The position numbers were made by a program, and so were the translations under genes. Source: Myxococcota bacterium (GTDB lineage: Bacteria > Myxococcota_A > Polyangia > Polyangiales > JANWZI01). From it: a DNA stretch of 64,000 bases. The notes under the pieces were generated by a model, which was not told the DNA's origin, ran no database searches, and was given only the letters and a program-made list of their open reading frames with translations. Position 1 is the stretch's first letter, and each line of letters starts with the position of its first letter. The stretch spans positions 333 through 64,332 of the forward strand of contig JANWZI010000007.1 of assembly GCA_025054695.1 (NCBI GenBank). Direction: 5' to 3'. Shown piece by piece: positions 18,377-27,630 of this stretch.

Positions 18377-18513
18377 TGACAGCGCCGGCCAGTGGGTTGA
18401 TCGCGCTTTCTACTCGGGCTCGGGGTCGGTCTCGGCCTCGGACGCGGGCACGGACCCGGTCTCGGTCTCGCAACACTCCCCGGCCACGTCAAGCAACGTC
18501 ACCGCCGCTATCA
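18377..18513 (+). repeat. Composite MITE-like element copy A: left module, 9-unit hexamer array, right module, 12-nt inverted termini
   Basis: TGACAGCGCCGGCCAGTGGGTTGATCGCGCTTTCTACTCGG, array at 18416-18469, then CGCAACACTCCCCGGCCACGTCAAGCAACGTCACCGCCGCTATCA. Mobility unproven. Confidence 0.8.
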
Positions 18514-18954
18514 GGGGATCGAACCGTCGCCGTCCGGCGGGCCGCCGTCCGCGGGCGGAGGGATCGCATCGTCGGTGCCTGCGGCGTCGCGCGGGGCGTC
18601 CTCGCGCGTCTCGCCGTCTCCACGCATCGCCGCGTCCGGAGAGCTCGCCTCGCCCGTGTCGGTCCCCGCGTCGGCTGCACGCGCGTCGTCCGTCGCAGCG
18701 TCACGCATCGTGCCGTCGGTGCCCGCGTCGGAAGCTCCGGCATCCGTCCCGCTCGTCTCGCAGCGCGACGCGCAGACGCCGCGCGCGGTCAGCGCGACGC
18801 TCGCCTTGCAGCAAACCAGACCGTCGGAGCAATCCGACTGCAATTCGCACGAATCACCCTCGGCGCCCGTGCAGGCCATGGCGGTCGTCACAAAGACCAC
18901 CGCCCAGCCATGCCTGCAACCGCGCAACACGCGTCCTGCACGCACGCTCGCCAC
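18511..18954 (-). CDS. Hypothetical Cys-cluster lipoprotein with acidic Asp/Ala/Thr/Gly-rich tail
   Basis: Signal/lipobox [10 protein letters not shown]. Cys cluster [16 protein letters not shown]. Its stop codon is the TGA inside the terminal motif of the adjacent repeat element. Confidence 0.5.
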   Translation of the reverse strand: MASVRAGRVLRGCRHGWAVVFVTTAMACTGAEGDSCELQSDCSDGLVCCKASVALTARGVCASRCETSGTDAGASDAGTDGTMRDAATDDARAADAGTDTGEASSPDAAMRGDGETREDAPRDAAGTDDAIPPPADGGPPDGDGSIP

Positions 18955-19199
18955 CTCGACCGGCGCGCACGCTAACCTGCGCCGACGGCGAGGTCCAGCT
19001 CGCCGGAAAATCGACGGGAGCGGTCCGATCGGACGATCGGATCACCCGACGCGGTGAACAATCGAGCGGAACGCTCAGGCACGGCGGGGGCCATGCCGAA
19101 CGTCGGATCGCACTGCACCCGCCAGTCGAGAAGTTTCGACGGTGTACCCGATCCCGCGCCGGGCCCCCCATTCCTCGAAGAGGACCAAGACGTCGACCC

Positions 19200-19444
19200 A
19201 TTCGGAATCGCCGTGAAAGTGTTGCGAGCCCGAGACCGATCCCGAGCCTGAACCTGAGCCCGAGCCCGAGTCCGAGTCCGAGACCGAGTCCGTGCCCGAG
19301 CCCGAATCCGAGTCCGAGCCCGAGTCCGTGCCCGAGCCCGAATCCGAGTCCGAGCCCGAGTCCGTGCCCGAGCCCGAATCCGAGTCCGAGTCCGAGCCCG
19401 AGACCGAGTGGAATCGCGATCAACCCACGTGGCCTGCGCGGTGA
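19200..19444 (-). repeat. Composite element copy E (reverse orientation) with a 30-unit array including three 36-bp higher-order repeats
   Basis: Array at 19226-19405. Minus-strand left module TCACCGCGCAGGCCACGTGGGTTGATCGCGATTCCACTCGG. The other end shares CGCAACACT and then diverges. Confidence 0.75.
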
Positions 19445-19539
19445 GACGGCACCGGCCAGAGGCGCCGACGGCCCACCCCTGGGATGCGGCTGGGTGCTCC
19501 CCTCGCCACTGTCCGACACGCCGCGCAACTTCGTCGAGG

Positions 19540-20139
19540 TCACGGCGGCGCGCGAAGCACCATCACGATGTGTCCGCTCGGGCCGGGCCGCGGATCGGCC
19601 TGTCCGGGATCTCGAGTCAACGCGACCGTGAGTGCGACGGCCCCACCGGCCACGAGCACGCCCACAGCAGCCCAGAACCACGGACTCGACAACAAACCGT
19701 GGGATGATGGCTCGGAGCTGACGGCGGCTGGCTGCTGTCGCAATCGGGCCTCGATGCGCTGCTCGCGCTCCAGCTCTCGTTCGAGCACGCGGACGCGTGC
19801 CTCGACCTCCGCGCGTACCGCACTGTCCGGCTCGGCCTCCAAGAAGCGTCGATACGCTTCGAGGGCCTCGCGGTCGTGGCGCAGCCGGTCGTGCGCGAGC
19901 CCGATGTTGTACAACAGTGCCGCCCGTCCGCTCAGCTCGTACGCGCGCTGGAATCGCTCGAGGGCGAGCTCGTAGCGTCCCGCCGCGTACGCGTCACGCC
20001 CCTCGACGAACGCGCGGCGAGCCTCCGCGTCCGCCTCTGACGGCACCCCGGAAGGCTCGGATTGAGCCGCACTGCGCGCGGGATTGCCGGCGAGCACGAG
20101 CCACGTGCCGATGCAGCCCACGACGACACGCATGCGCAC
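19540..20139 (-). CDS. TPR-like repeat protein with signal peptide and C-terminal TM anchor
   Basis: [18 protein letters not shown] and [16 protein letters not shown]-like helices, a coiled segment, and the TM helix [21 protein letters not shown]. Confidence 0.7.
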   Translation of the reverse strand: MRMRVVVGCIGTWLVLAGNPARSAAQSEPSGVPSEADAEARRAFVEGRDAYAAGRYELALERFQRAYELSGRAALLYNIGLAHDRLRHDREALEAYRRFLEAEPDSAVRAEVEARVRVLERELEREQRIEARLRQQPAAVSSEPSSHGLLSSPWFWAAVGVLVAGGAVALTVALTRDPGQADPRPGPSGHIVMVLRAPP

Positions 20140-20154
20140 CCGGTCAGCATAACC

Positions 20155-20208
20155 GAGACCGAGACCGAGACCGAGTCCGAGTCCGAGTCCGAAACCGGGT
20201 GCGAGCCC
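20155..20208. repeat. Hexamer array (9 units GAGACC/GAGTCC)
   Basis: Direct reading, between a gene start (20139) and a gene stop (20233). Confidence 0.85.
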
Positions 20209-20232
20209 ACAGCCGCTCGGGCGCCGGCCGGC

Positions 20233-20673
20233 TCAGCCTGCGTGCCGTTCGACGAGGCGTCCGAGCCGCGGGACGGCCTGCTCGACGTTGCGCTTGGCCG
20301 TGCCGCGGAGCTTGTCGTAGGTGCCCCGAATGAGCCCGTTGGTCGTTCTCCGCGCCTTCTCGTCGGTGATGGCGAGCAGGGCGTCGGCGACGCGGCCCGC
20401 GTTGCGCTCGAAGTATCCCGCGATGGGCTCGGCGCGACCGACCGCTTCTTGATAGATGGGATCGAGCGCCGCGGCGAACTCCGGCAGCAGATCGCGCACG
20501 ACGTTGCGGATGAACCCCGGCTTGATGCCCTTGACCGCCGCGTACCCCGCTTTGATGGCGAGCCCGCTGATTCCCGTCTTGTCGCGCACTTCGTCGTCGA
20601 CGAGCTGCACGCACTCGTCGATCACGGTCTGCTTGCGTCGCTCGTCCGTGAGCAGCTCGGGCAGGCTCGGCAT
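20233..20673 (-). CDS. Conserved hypothetical protein
   Basis: Full 146-aa track ORF with high GC3 and no recognisable motif. Confidence 0.65.
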   Translation of the reverse strand: MPSLPELLTDERRKQTVIDECVQLVDDEVRDKTGISGLAIKAGYAAVKGIKPGFIRNVVRDLLPEFAAALDPIYQEAVGRAEPIAGYFERNAGRVADALLAITDEKARRTTNGLIRGTYDKLRGTAKRNVEQAVPRLGRLVERHAG

Positions 20674-20748
20674 GGCGCGCCAGGCTTAGAGGGGCGCTCG
20701 CGCCTCCGCAAGCGCCAGGCCCCCTGACCGGCCGACGCACCGCGTGCT

Positions 20749-22110
20749 ATGCGCCGCGCCGCCATGGCCCGCATCCACCGTTCCCTGCCTCCACCCGGCA
20801 CCCGTCTCGGCCTCGCCTTCTCTGGAGGCCTCGACACGCGCTGCGCGGTCGCCTGGCTCAGCCGCAACGGAATCGAGGTGTACGCCTACACCGCCGATCT
20901 CGCCCAACCCGACGAAAAGGATCCGGCCGACATTCCGACCGTCGCGCTCGCCCACGGCGCACGTCGCGCGCGCCTGCTCGACTGCCGCGAGGCGCTCGTC
21001 CGCGAGGGAATCGTCGCGCTGCAATGCGGTGCCTTCCACGTCGCCACGGCCGGCAAGAAGTACTTCAACACGACGCCGCTCGGCCGGGCGGTGACCGCGA
21101 CGGCCATCGTACAGGCCATGCGTGAAGACGGCGTGGACTGCTTCGGCGACGGCAGCACGCACAAGGGCAACGACATCCAGCGCTTCTACCGCTACGGCCT
21201 GCTCGTCAACCCTGCGCTCACCATCTACAAGCCGTGGCTCGATCCGCGCTTCGTCGCCGAGCTCGGCGGCCGCGCCGAGATGAGCGCGTACCTCGAGCGG
21301 CTCGGCTTGCCCCATCGCACGAGCGCCGAGCGCGCCTACAGCACCGACGCCAACTGCTTGGGCGCGACGCATGAAGCCAAGGACCTGGAGCGGCTCGACC
21401 GCGGACTGCACGTCGTCGAACCGCTGATGACGGTGCCGTTCTGGCGCGCCGAGGTGCCCATCGACCCCGAGCGAGTCGAAATCGAGTTCGAGCGGGGCGT
21501 GCCGGTCGCCCTCGGCGGCCGCCGCTTCGCCTCGCGCCTGGAGCTGATGCTCGAAGCCAATCGCGTCGCGGGCCGGCACGGGCTCGGCACGAGCGATCAG
21601 ATCGAGAACCGCGTCGTCGAGGCCAAGAGCCGCGGCATCTACGAGGCACCGGGCATGGCGCTGCTGCACGTGGCCTACGAGCGGCTGCTGTCGGCCATCC
21701 ACGACGAGAACACGCTCGAGCTGTACCACACGCTCGGCCGACGACTGGGCCGCTGGCTGTATGAGGGCCGTTGGTTCGATCCGGCGGCGATGCTCGTCAA
21801 GGACGCGCTGCGCCGCTGGGTGGCGTCGCCCGTCACCGGCCGCGTCGTCGTCGAGCTACGGCGCGGTGACGACTACAGCATCATCGAAACGAGCGCACCG
21901 CGCATGGCCTATGCGCCGGACAAACTGTCGATGGAGAAGGTCGCCACGGCCTTCGGCCCCGAAGATCGAATGGGTGCGCTCGAGGTGCAGACGCTCTCGG
22001 TCCTCGACGCGCGCGATCAGTTGCTCGCCCAGCTCGAGTGGATGCGTCGTCTGAGCGACCGACCGGAGCTGCCGTGGCTCGGCGCGGGCGACCCGGAGTC
22101 CGCTCCGTAG
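20749..22110 (+). CDS. argG: Argininosuccinate synthase (type 2, E. coli-like)
   Basis: [59 protein letters not shown]. Near-colinear with E. coli ArgG from memory. Start may be ATG 20764. Confidence 0.95.
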   Translation: MRRAAMARIHRSLPPPGTRLGLAFSGGLDTRCAVAWLSRNGIEVYAYTADLAQPDEKDPADIPTVALAHGARRARLLDCREALVREGIVALQCGAFHVATAGKKYFNTTPLGRAVTATAIVQAMREDGVDCFGDGSTHKGNDIQRFYRYGLLVNPALTIYKPWLDPRFVAELGGRAEMSAYLERLGLPHRTSAERAYSTDANCLGATHEAKDLERLDRGLHVVEPLMTVPFWRAEVPIDPERVEIEFERGVPVALGGRRFASRLELMLEANRVAGRHGLGTSDQIENRVVEAKSRGIYEAPGMALLHVAYERLLSAIHDENTLELYHTLGRRLGRWLYEGRWFDPAAMLVKDALRRWVASPVTGRVVVELRRGDDYSIIETSAPRMAYAPDKLSMEKVATAFGPEDRMGALEVQTLSVLDARDQLLAQLEWMRRLSDRPELPWLGAGDPESAP

Positions 22111-22159
22111 TCCGCGGCTCGCGGCACTCCACGCTCGCGGGCGCGCCGACGCGCCGCGC

Positions 22160-22237
22160 GAGACCGGGAGCGAGACCGAGACCGAATCCGAGTCCGAGCC
22201 GGAGACCGAGACGCAACCCGAGTCCGAACCCGAGGTC
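22160..22237. repeat. Hexamer array (13 units GAGACC/GAGTCC/GAATCC)
   Basis: Direct reading, in the convergent gap between argG and the thiolase gene. Confidence 0.85.
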
Positions 22238-22252
22238 GGGCGCGGCTCTCGG

Positions 22253-23494
22253 TCAGACGCGCTCGATGATCGTGGCGATCCCCATGCCTCCGCCGATGCA
22301 CAGCGTGACGAGTGCCGTGCCCAGGCCGCGCCGCTCCAGTTCGTCGAGCGCGGTGCCGAGCAGAATTGCGCCCGTCGCGCCGAGCGGGTGACCGAGCGCG
22401 ATCGCCCCGCCGTTTACGTTGACGCGATCGGGATCGATCTCCAAGGCCCGCATCGTCTGCAGGGGCACGACGGCGAACGCCTCGTTGATCTCCCACAGGT
22501 CGATGTCCCGTGCGGTCATGCCGGCCATCGCGAGTGCCTTGCGGGAAGCCGGTGCGGGCGCGGTGAGCATGATGACGGGCTCGGCGCCGGCCGTGGCCAT
22601 CGCGCGGATCCGGGCGCGCGGGCGCAGACCGCGTTCCCGGACGTAGGCGTCCGAGGCCAGGGCGACCACAGCTGCCCCATCGACGATGCCGGAGGAGTTG
22701 CCCGCGGTGTGCACGTGCCGAATGGCCCCCGCCTGCGGGTAGCGCGCGAGCGCGAGCTGGTCGAGGCTCTCTCCGTTCGGCCCGGCCGGCGTCGCCCCCA
22801 GGGCCTCGAACGCCGGCTGCAACGCAGCGAGCGCCTCGAGCGTCGTGCCGTGACGCGGATGCTCGTCGACCTCGAGCAGCACCTTGCCGCTCTCCGGATC
22901 GCGCACCGGCACCAGGCTGCGCTGGAAGCGCCCCTCCTTTTGCGCCGCCTCCGCGCGCTGCTGGGAGCGCAGCGCGAACCGATCGACGTCCTCGCGCGAG
23001 AATCCCTCCAGCGTCGCGATCAAGTCGGCGCTGATCCCCTGCGGCACCTGGAAGTGCTTGCGGCGCAGCAGCGCATTGTTCCCGTCGAGTCCCCCGCCGT
23101 CGCTGCCCATGGGCACGCGGGACATGCTCTCGACGCCCCCCGCCAGCACGAGCCGTTGCGCCCCGCTCGCGACGCCCATGGCAGCGAAATTGACCGCCTG
23201 CAACCCCGACCCGCAGAAGCGATTCAGCGTCACGCCCGTCACCGACTCGGCAAGCCCCGCCGCAAGCACCGCGTTGCGCGCGAGGTTGGCGCCCTGCTCG
23301 CCAGCCTGCGAGACGACGCCCAGCACCACGTCATCGACGTCGCCGGCGGAAACACCCATCCGGTCGACGATCGCCCGAAGCAGCTGCGCGACGAGCTCCT
23401 GCGGATGCACGCCCGAAAGCGCCCCCTTGCCCGCCTTGCCTCGACCGCGCGGTGTGCGCACCGCATCCACGATCCACGCCTGACCCGTCAGCAT
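22253..23494 (-). CDS. Acetyl-CoA C-acyltransferase (thiolase)
   Basis: Internal ATG ([19 protein letters not shown]) of track ORF 22253..23575. Active-site [10 protein letters not shown] and C-terminal CIGGGMG. Confidence 0.93.
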   Translation of the reverse strand: MLTGQAWIVDAVRTPRGRGKAGKGALSGVHPQELVAQLLRAIVDRMGVSAGDVDDVVLGVVSQAGEQGANLARNAVLAAGLAESVTGVTLNRFCGSGLQAVNFAAMGVASGAQRLVLAGGVESMSRVPMGSDGGGLDGNNALLRRKHFQVPQGISADLIATLEGFSREDVDRFALRSQQRAEAAQKEGRFQRSLVPVRDPESGKVLLEVDEHPRHGTTLEALAALQPAFEALGATPAGPNGESLDQLALARYPQAGAIRHVHTAGNSSGIVDGAAVVALASDAYVRERGLRPRARIRAMATAGAEPVIMLTAPAPASRKALAMAGMTARDIDLWEINEAFAVVPLQTMRALEIDPDRVNVNGGAIALGHPLGATGAILLGTALDELERRGLGTALVTLCIGGGMGIATIIERV

Positions 23495-23691
23495 CGGATG
23501 CCTCCTGGCCCGCGCCTGGGCGGGCCCGCACCGCTGTCGTTGCGCGATGCGGACCCTCGAGCAAGCGGGAAGCAAATTCGGCCACCGCGTCGGTGTTGGT
23601 CCTGGGTTCGAGCTTGCGCACGGACTCCGACTCCGACGCCCCGATCGCGCATTGCGTCACGGTCCGAAACGACCGCCGCGTTCGAACGAGC

Positions 23692-24552
23692 TCAGGTCCG
23701 ACGCAATCCCAACAGCGTCAATGGCTCGTCGCCTAACTCCATTTCGAGCCGCCCCCCGAAGACGACGCGGTGAGACCGGTGCGGCCCGTCGATCCAGACC
23801 CGCGCCGCGTCCATGAGACTGACGACCCGTACGCGCTCCTCGGGACCCACCGTCCCGCGTCGCAGCACCGGCGCCGACACGCCCGGCCCTTGATACGGCT
23901 CTCGCACGACCCACTGCAGCCGGCGCGACCGCACCGGGAGCACACGGCCACCCGCCGAGCGCTGCGCGGCCGTCGAACCGGCCGCCGGCCCGACCCACAG
24001 CCCGCTCGATCGCTGCTCTTCGGAGCGCTCGCCGACCGAGAGCACGTAGCGCGCGGCCGCGGCCGCCGAAGCATGCGCGAAAAGCACGTCGTTGAGCACG
24101 CGATTGGACAGCCGCCTGCCGTCCAGCTTCACGCGCATCCGCTGCAGCGCCACCGCGGGCAGGCGTCCCGACAGCGCGTCGGAGATGGCGTCGGCCGCCT
24201 CGCGCCGATCCGCCGCGCAGAAATGGCCCACCGAGCCGAGCGGCGTGCTTCGCACCGCGAGCACCGGCGTGCCCGCCGTGACGTGGTGCGAGGTGCCGAG
24301 CAGCGTGCCATCTCCACCGACCGTCACGACGAGGTCGAACGCACCGCTCGGCACGCGCCGCAGCGTGGCGACACAGACGCGCGCGCGGTGCCGGCGCAGC
24401 GTGGTCAGGACGAGCCGCAGCGTCGCGGCGTGCTCGAGCGCATCGAGCCGCTGCCGTTCGAGCCAGGCGCGCAAGGCGGGCTCGACGTCACCGCGCCGCG
24501 TCGACGGCGTGACCGGCTCCTTGGCGACGAGGAGCACCGACGGACGTTTCAC
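23692..24552 (-). CDS. nadK: NAD kinase
   Basis: GTG start overlapping the Nudix stop (GTGA). GGDGTLL motif. C-terminal part of track ORF 23692..25455. Confidence 0.85.
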   Translation of the reverse strand: MKRPSVLLVAKEPVTPSTRRGDVEPALRAWLERQRLDALEHAATLRLVLTTLRRHRARVCVATLRRVPSGAFDLVVTVGGDGTLLGTSHHVTAGTPVLAVRSTPLGSVGHFCAADRREAADAISDALSGRLPAVALQRMRVKLDGRRLSNRVLNDVLFAHASAAAAARYVLSVGERSEEQRSSGLWVGPAAGSTAAQRSAGGRVLPVRSRRLQWVVREPYQGPGVSAPVLRRGTVGPEERVRVVSLMDAARVWIDGPHRSHRVVFGGRLEMELGDEPLTLLGLRRT

Positions 24553-25238
24553 GACCCTTCCCCGCGCGCCCAGCGTGCGGCGAGCCGCCGCAGTACCACC
24601 TCGGTCTTGGCGTCGGCGATGCGGCCGTCCGCGCACGCCGCGAGCGCCTCGCGCAACGGCACGAGCACGCACCGCGCCCCCTCTTCGACGACGCTCCCGT
24701 CCGACGTCGGCGTCTCGACGTGACCCTCGGCGAGCTCGGCCGCGAACGGGAACACGCGCTCGGCGAACACCCCCGGCGTCAGATAGAAGGGGGGGCCGAC
24801 CGGCTCGAACGCATCGGCCGCGACGCGCAACCCCGTCTCCTCGGCGCACTCGCGCTCGGCGCACGCCCGCAGCCCCTCCTCGCCGCGCATGCGCTCGTCG
24901 GGCTCGACGAGCCCTGCGGGAAGCTCCCACAGCACGGGACTGGCTCCCGGTGCGCGCTCGCCTTGCAGCGCGAGCGGCGGACGCAACGCCGAGCGCAGCA
25001 GCACGAACCGCTCGTCGCCCTCGCGCGCGTGCAACGCGACCACCACCGCGTCGAGCGCATGGCGATCGACCACGTCGTAGCGGAACTCCCGGCTGACCGA
25101 TCCGTCGGGCCACACGGTGCGCAGTCGCAATCGCCGCACGCGGAGGAATCCCTCGCGCGAGGGCGTCCGTTCGGTTTCGTCCGCGACGAGCTCGATACGC
25201 ACGAGGGGCACGGGGCCCACCGACCGGACGCGCTCCAC
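24549..25238 (-). CDS. Nudix hydrolase (ADP-ribose pyrophosphatase-like)
   Basis: Nudix box GLVEPDERMRGEEGLRACAERECAEETGL. GTG start at 25238, or 25220. Confidence 0.8.
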   Translation of the reverse strand: MERVRSVGPVPLVRIELVADETERTPSREGFLRVRRLRLRTVWPDGSVSREFRYDVVDRHALDAVVVALHAREGDERFVLLRSALRPPLALQGERAPGASPVLWELPAGLVEPDERMRGEEGLRACAERECAEETGLRVAADAFEPVGPPFYLTPGVFAERVFPFAAELAEGHVETPTSDGSVVEEGARCVLVPLREALAACADGRIADAKTEVVLRRLAARWARGEGS

Positions 25239-25246
25239 GGGCTCGC

Positions 25247-25753
25247 TCAGCCTCCCGGCGCGGGCCACCAGCCCACCGACAGCAACAGGGTGCCGACCCA
25301 CGTGGCGCGCGGCCCTCCCAGCCACCACGCGCCGGCTCCCACCGACAGCGCGGCCTTGTCCGCGACGCGCAGTCCCGCGCCCAGCTCGGCGCCCCCGAAC
25401 GGACCCGCCCGCAGCCCTTCGTGCAAGGCCCCGCTCCACAGCCCCGCGCGCGCACGTGCCCCGGTCACCCACCGCGCGCCGCGGTGCTCCCATCCGAGCA
25501 CCGCGCCCAGCGGCATCACCGCACGGGTGTCCGCCTCCCCTTCCGCGGTCAGCATCGCGACGCCGACCGATGGCCCCAGCTCGAGCGCGCCGAGGCCCCA
25601 TCCGGCCTCCGCGAGCAGCGCTCCACCCTGGGCACGGGGCGAGGCCAGCGCAGCGACACCGACGCGACCCGCCACGTCCGCGCGCGCCGGAGCCGTCGGG
25701 AGCCCGACGCCGAGCAACGCCACGACGGGCGCGAGGGGGGGCCTGCCTCTCAT
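25247..25753 (-). CDS. Hypothetical secreted Gly/Ala/Trp-rich protein (possible small OM protein)
   Basis: Signal peptide [29 protein letters not shown] overlap with the tal stop. 168 aa. Confidence 0.5.
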   Translation of the reverse strand: MRGRPPLAPVVALLGVGLPTAPARADVAGRVGVAALASPRAQGGALLAEAGWGLGALELGPSVGVAMLTAEGEADTRAVMPLGAVLGWEHRGARWVTGARARAGLWSGALHEGLRAGPFGGAELGAGLRVADKAALSVGAGAWWLGGPRATWVGTLLLSVGWWPAPGG

Positions 25754-26406
25754 CCGCGCCCGCCGCCCGGGCTGCGGCGCGCGTCCTCGAGGAAGCGCGC
25801 GAGCCCCACGTCCGTGAGCGGATGCGACAGGAGCTGGTGGATGACCTTGTGGGGGACGGTGGCCGCGTGCGCGCCGAGTCGCGCGGCCTGCACCACGTGC
25901 ACCGGATGGCGGATCGAGGCGGCGAGCACCTTCGTGCGCAGCCCGTAGTTCCGATAGATGCCCACGATCTGCTCGACGAGCGCCATCCCGTCGCCGGCCG
26001 CATCGTCGATCCGACCGATGAAAGGACTGATATACGTCGCCCCGGCCTTCGCCGCGAGCAACGCCTGAGGCGCGCTGAAGCACAGCGTCACGTTCGTGCG
26101 AATGCCCTCCGAGGCAAGCGTGCGCACCGCCTTGAGGCCCTCGGCGATGAGCGGGACCTTGACGACGACGTTGCGGTGCAGCGCGGCAAGCTGCCGGCCC
26201 TCGCGCACGATGCCCTCGTAGTCCGTCGAGATCACCTCGGCGCTGATGGGACCGTCGACGATCTCGCAGATCTCGACGATCACCTCGCGCAACGACCGCC
26301 CGGTCCGCGCGACGAGCGTTGGATTGGTCGTCACGCCGTCGATGACGCCCATCGCCGCGACGTCGCGGATCTCGGCGACGTCGGCGCTGTCGATGAAGAT
26401 CTCCAT
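25750..26406 (-). CDS. tal: Transaldolase family protein (short TalC/Fsa type)
   Basis: Internal ATG ([13 protein letters not shown]) of track ORF 25750..26520. Schiff-base Lys context VVKVP. 218 aa. Confidence 0.92.
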   Translation of the reverse strand: MEIFIDSADVAEIRDVAAMGVIDGVTTNPTLVARTGRSLREVIVEICEIVDGPISAEVISTDYEGIVREGRQLAALHRNVVVKVPLIAEGLKAVRTLASEGIRTNVTLCFSAPQALLAAKAGATYISPFIGRIDDAAGDGMALVEQIVGIYRNYGLRTKVLAASIRHPVHVVQAARLGAHAATVPHKVIHQLLSHPLTDVGLARFLEDARRSPGGGRG

Positions 26407-26473
26407 GCGCCCCCTCGTAGCACGCCGGCACCCGCACCGGCCACGGGGCCACCGATCCGAAAGCCGAGGCCGG

Positions 26474-26635
26474 GAGCCCGAGCCCGAGTCCGAGCCAGAG
26501 CCCGATTCCGAGTCCGACACCGATTCCGAATCCGACTCCGAGACCGAGGCCGAGTCCGAGTCCGAGTCCGATACCGAGCCCGTGGCCGAGCCCGAGCCCG
26601 AGCCAGAGCCCGATTCCGAGTCCGAGTCCGTGTCA
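26474..26635. repeat. Hexamer array (26 units) with an internal duplicated block of about 42 bp
   Basis: Units counted at 26474-26629. The block GAGCCCGAGCC.GAG.CAGAGCCCGATTCCGAGTCCGA occurs at both ends. The array ends GTGTCAGCTC. Confidence 0.9.
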
Positions 26636-26674
26636 GCTCGAGAACGCAGCCTCGGGATTCAAACCCGCCGTCGA

Positions 26675-27550
26675 TCAGAGCTCCGGCCACCAGACCGTCG
26701 GCAAACCCGTCGTCTGGAGCAGCGCGGCGACGTCCATGCTCACCGCGACGCTGACGTGGATGAGAAAGCCGCTCCAGATCGAGCGCGTTTTCATCGCCAG
26801 CGTGCCGAGCACGACTCCGGCGACGATGGCCGCCACCGCCTCGAGCCCGGGCTTGCCGTAGTGAATCATGCAATAGGGCACAACCATCGCGAAGATCGCG
26901 TGGCTTCCCATGGCCGCCTTGCACTGCGCGAGCCACCACCCGCGGAAAAAGAACTCGAGCGAAAAGAACTGCGCGGCGTACAGCAGCTCCCAGACAATCA
27001 GGTCGAACCAGCTTCGCGACGCGAGCTTGTAGAAGGGGTAGTACGTCGAAAACTCCTCGGTGAAGCTGACGACGATCACGCAGACGAGCACGACGGCATA
27101 GGCGAGCACGTACATCCAGGCGTGCTCGAGCCAGCCACGCGTCTGCAATCCGTTGTCGACCAGGCGCTGCCCTTGAAGCTTGAGCACGACGACGGGCAGC
27201 AGGAAGTAGCCGAGCACGCGCCAGCCGGCCCACCAGCCCAGAGCCACGAGCCGCCCCCACGGCGAGTCGCGCAGCTCGCTCCAGAAGCTCGGTCCGGCGC
27301 GGTCGCCGTGCAGCCGCTCGAGCACCCAGCCCAGCGTGTCCACCCGGAGTCCGTCGCCGCCGCTGTTGCCGAGGTACTCCATCGCCGTCAGGCAGACGGC
27401 CCCGACGCACATGGCCACCAGCGGCCTGCTGTCCCAGCCCGCCCCCTCGCGGCGGCGCCGTTCCCGCTCCGCGCGCGCCTCCTCGTCCATCTGGCGCCAC
27501 GTCTCGAGGAAGAAGCGCCGCGGGTGCAGCTCCGCGAGCCTCGAAGTCAC
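26675..27550 (-). CDS. CPBP family intramembrane glutamic endopeptidase (CAAX protease-like)
   Basis: Multi-TM protein. Motifs SLEFFFRGW, MIHYG and LIHVSVA match CPBP motifs 1-3. Confidence 0.8.
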   Translation of the reverse strand: MTSRLAELHPRRFFLETWRQMDEEARAERERRRREGAGWDSRPLVAMCVGAVCLTAMEYLGNSGGDGLRVDTLGWVLERLHGDRAGPSFWSELRDSPWGRLVALGWWAGWRVLGYFLLPVVVLKLQGQRLVDNGLQTRGWLEHAWMYVLAYAVVLVCVIVVSFTEEFSTYYPFYKLASRSWFDLIVWELLYAAQFFSLEFFFRGWWLAQCKAAMGSHAIFAMVVPYCMIHYGKPGLEAVAAIVAGVVLGTLAMKTRSIWSGFLIHVSVAVSMDVAALLQTTGLPTVWWPEL

Positions 27551-27630
27551 GGACGCGCGGTGCTACCGAAACGGGGTCCGGCCGTCCAGCCGCGCCGGCG
27601 ACCGGTCGCGTATCGCACGGAGGATGAACG

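Noticed and set aside
18955-19225. tRNA, small RNA or small protein gene in the long gaps (also 31969-32150, 40171-40362, 56201-56398, 58866-59154)
   Set aside because: By eye there are no cloverleaf-compatible stems or conserved T-loop/anticodon features, and no ORF with a start codon and high GC3. I cannot exclude sRNAs without a search.
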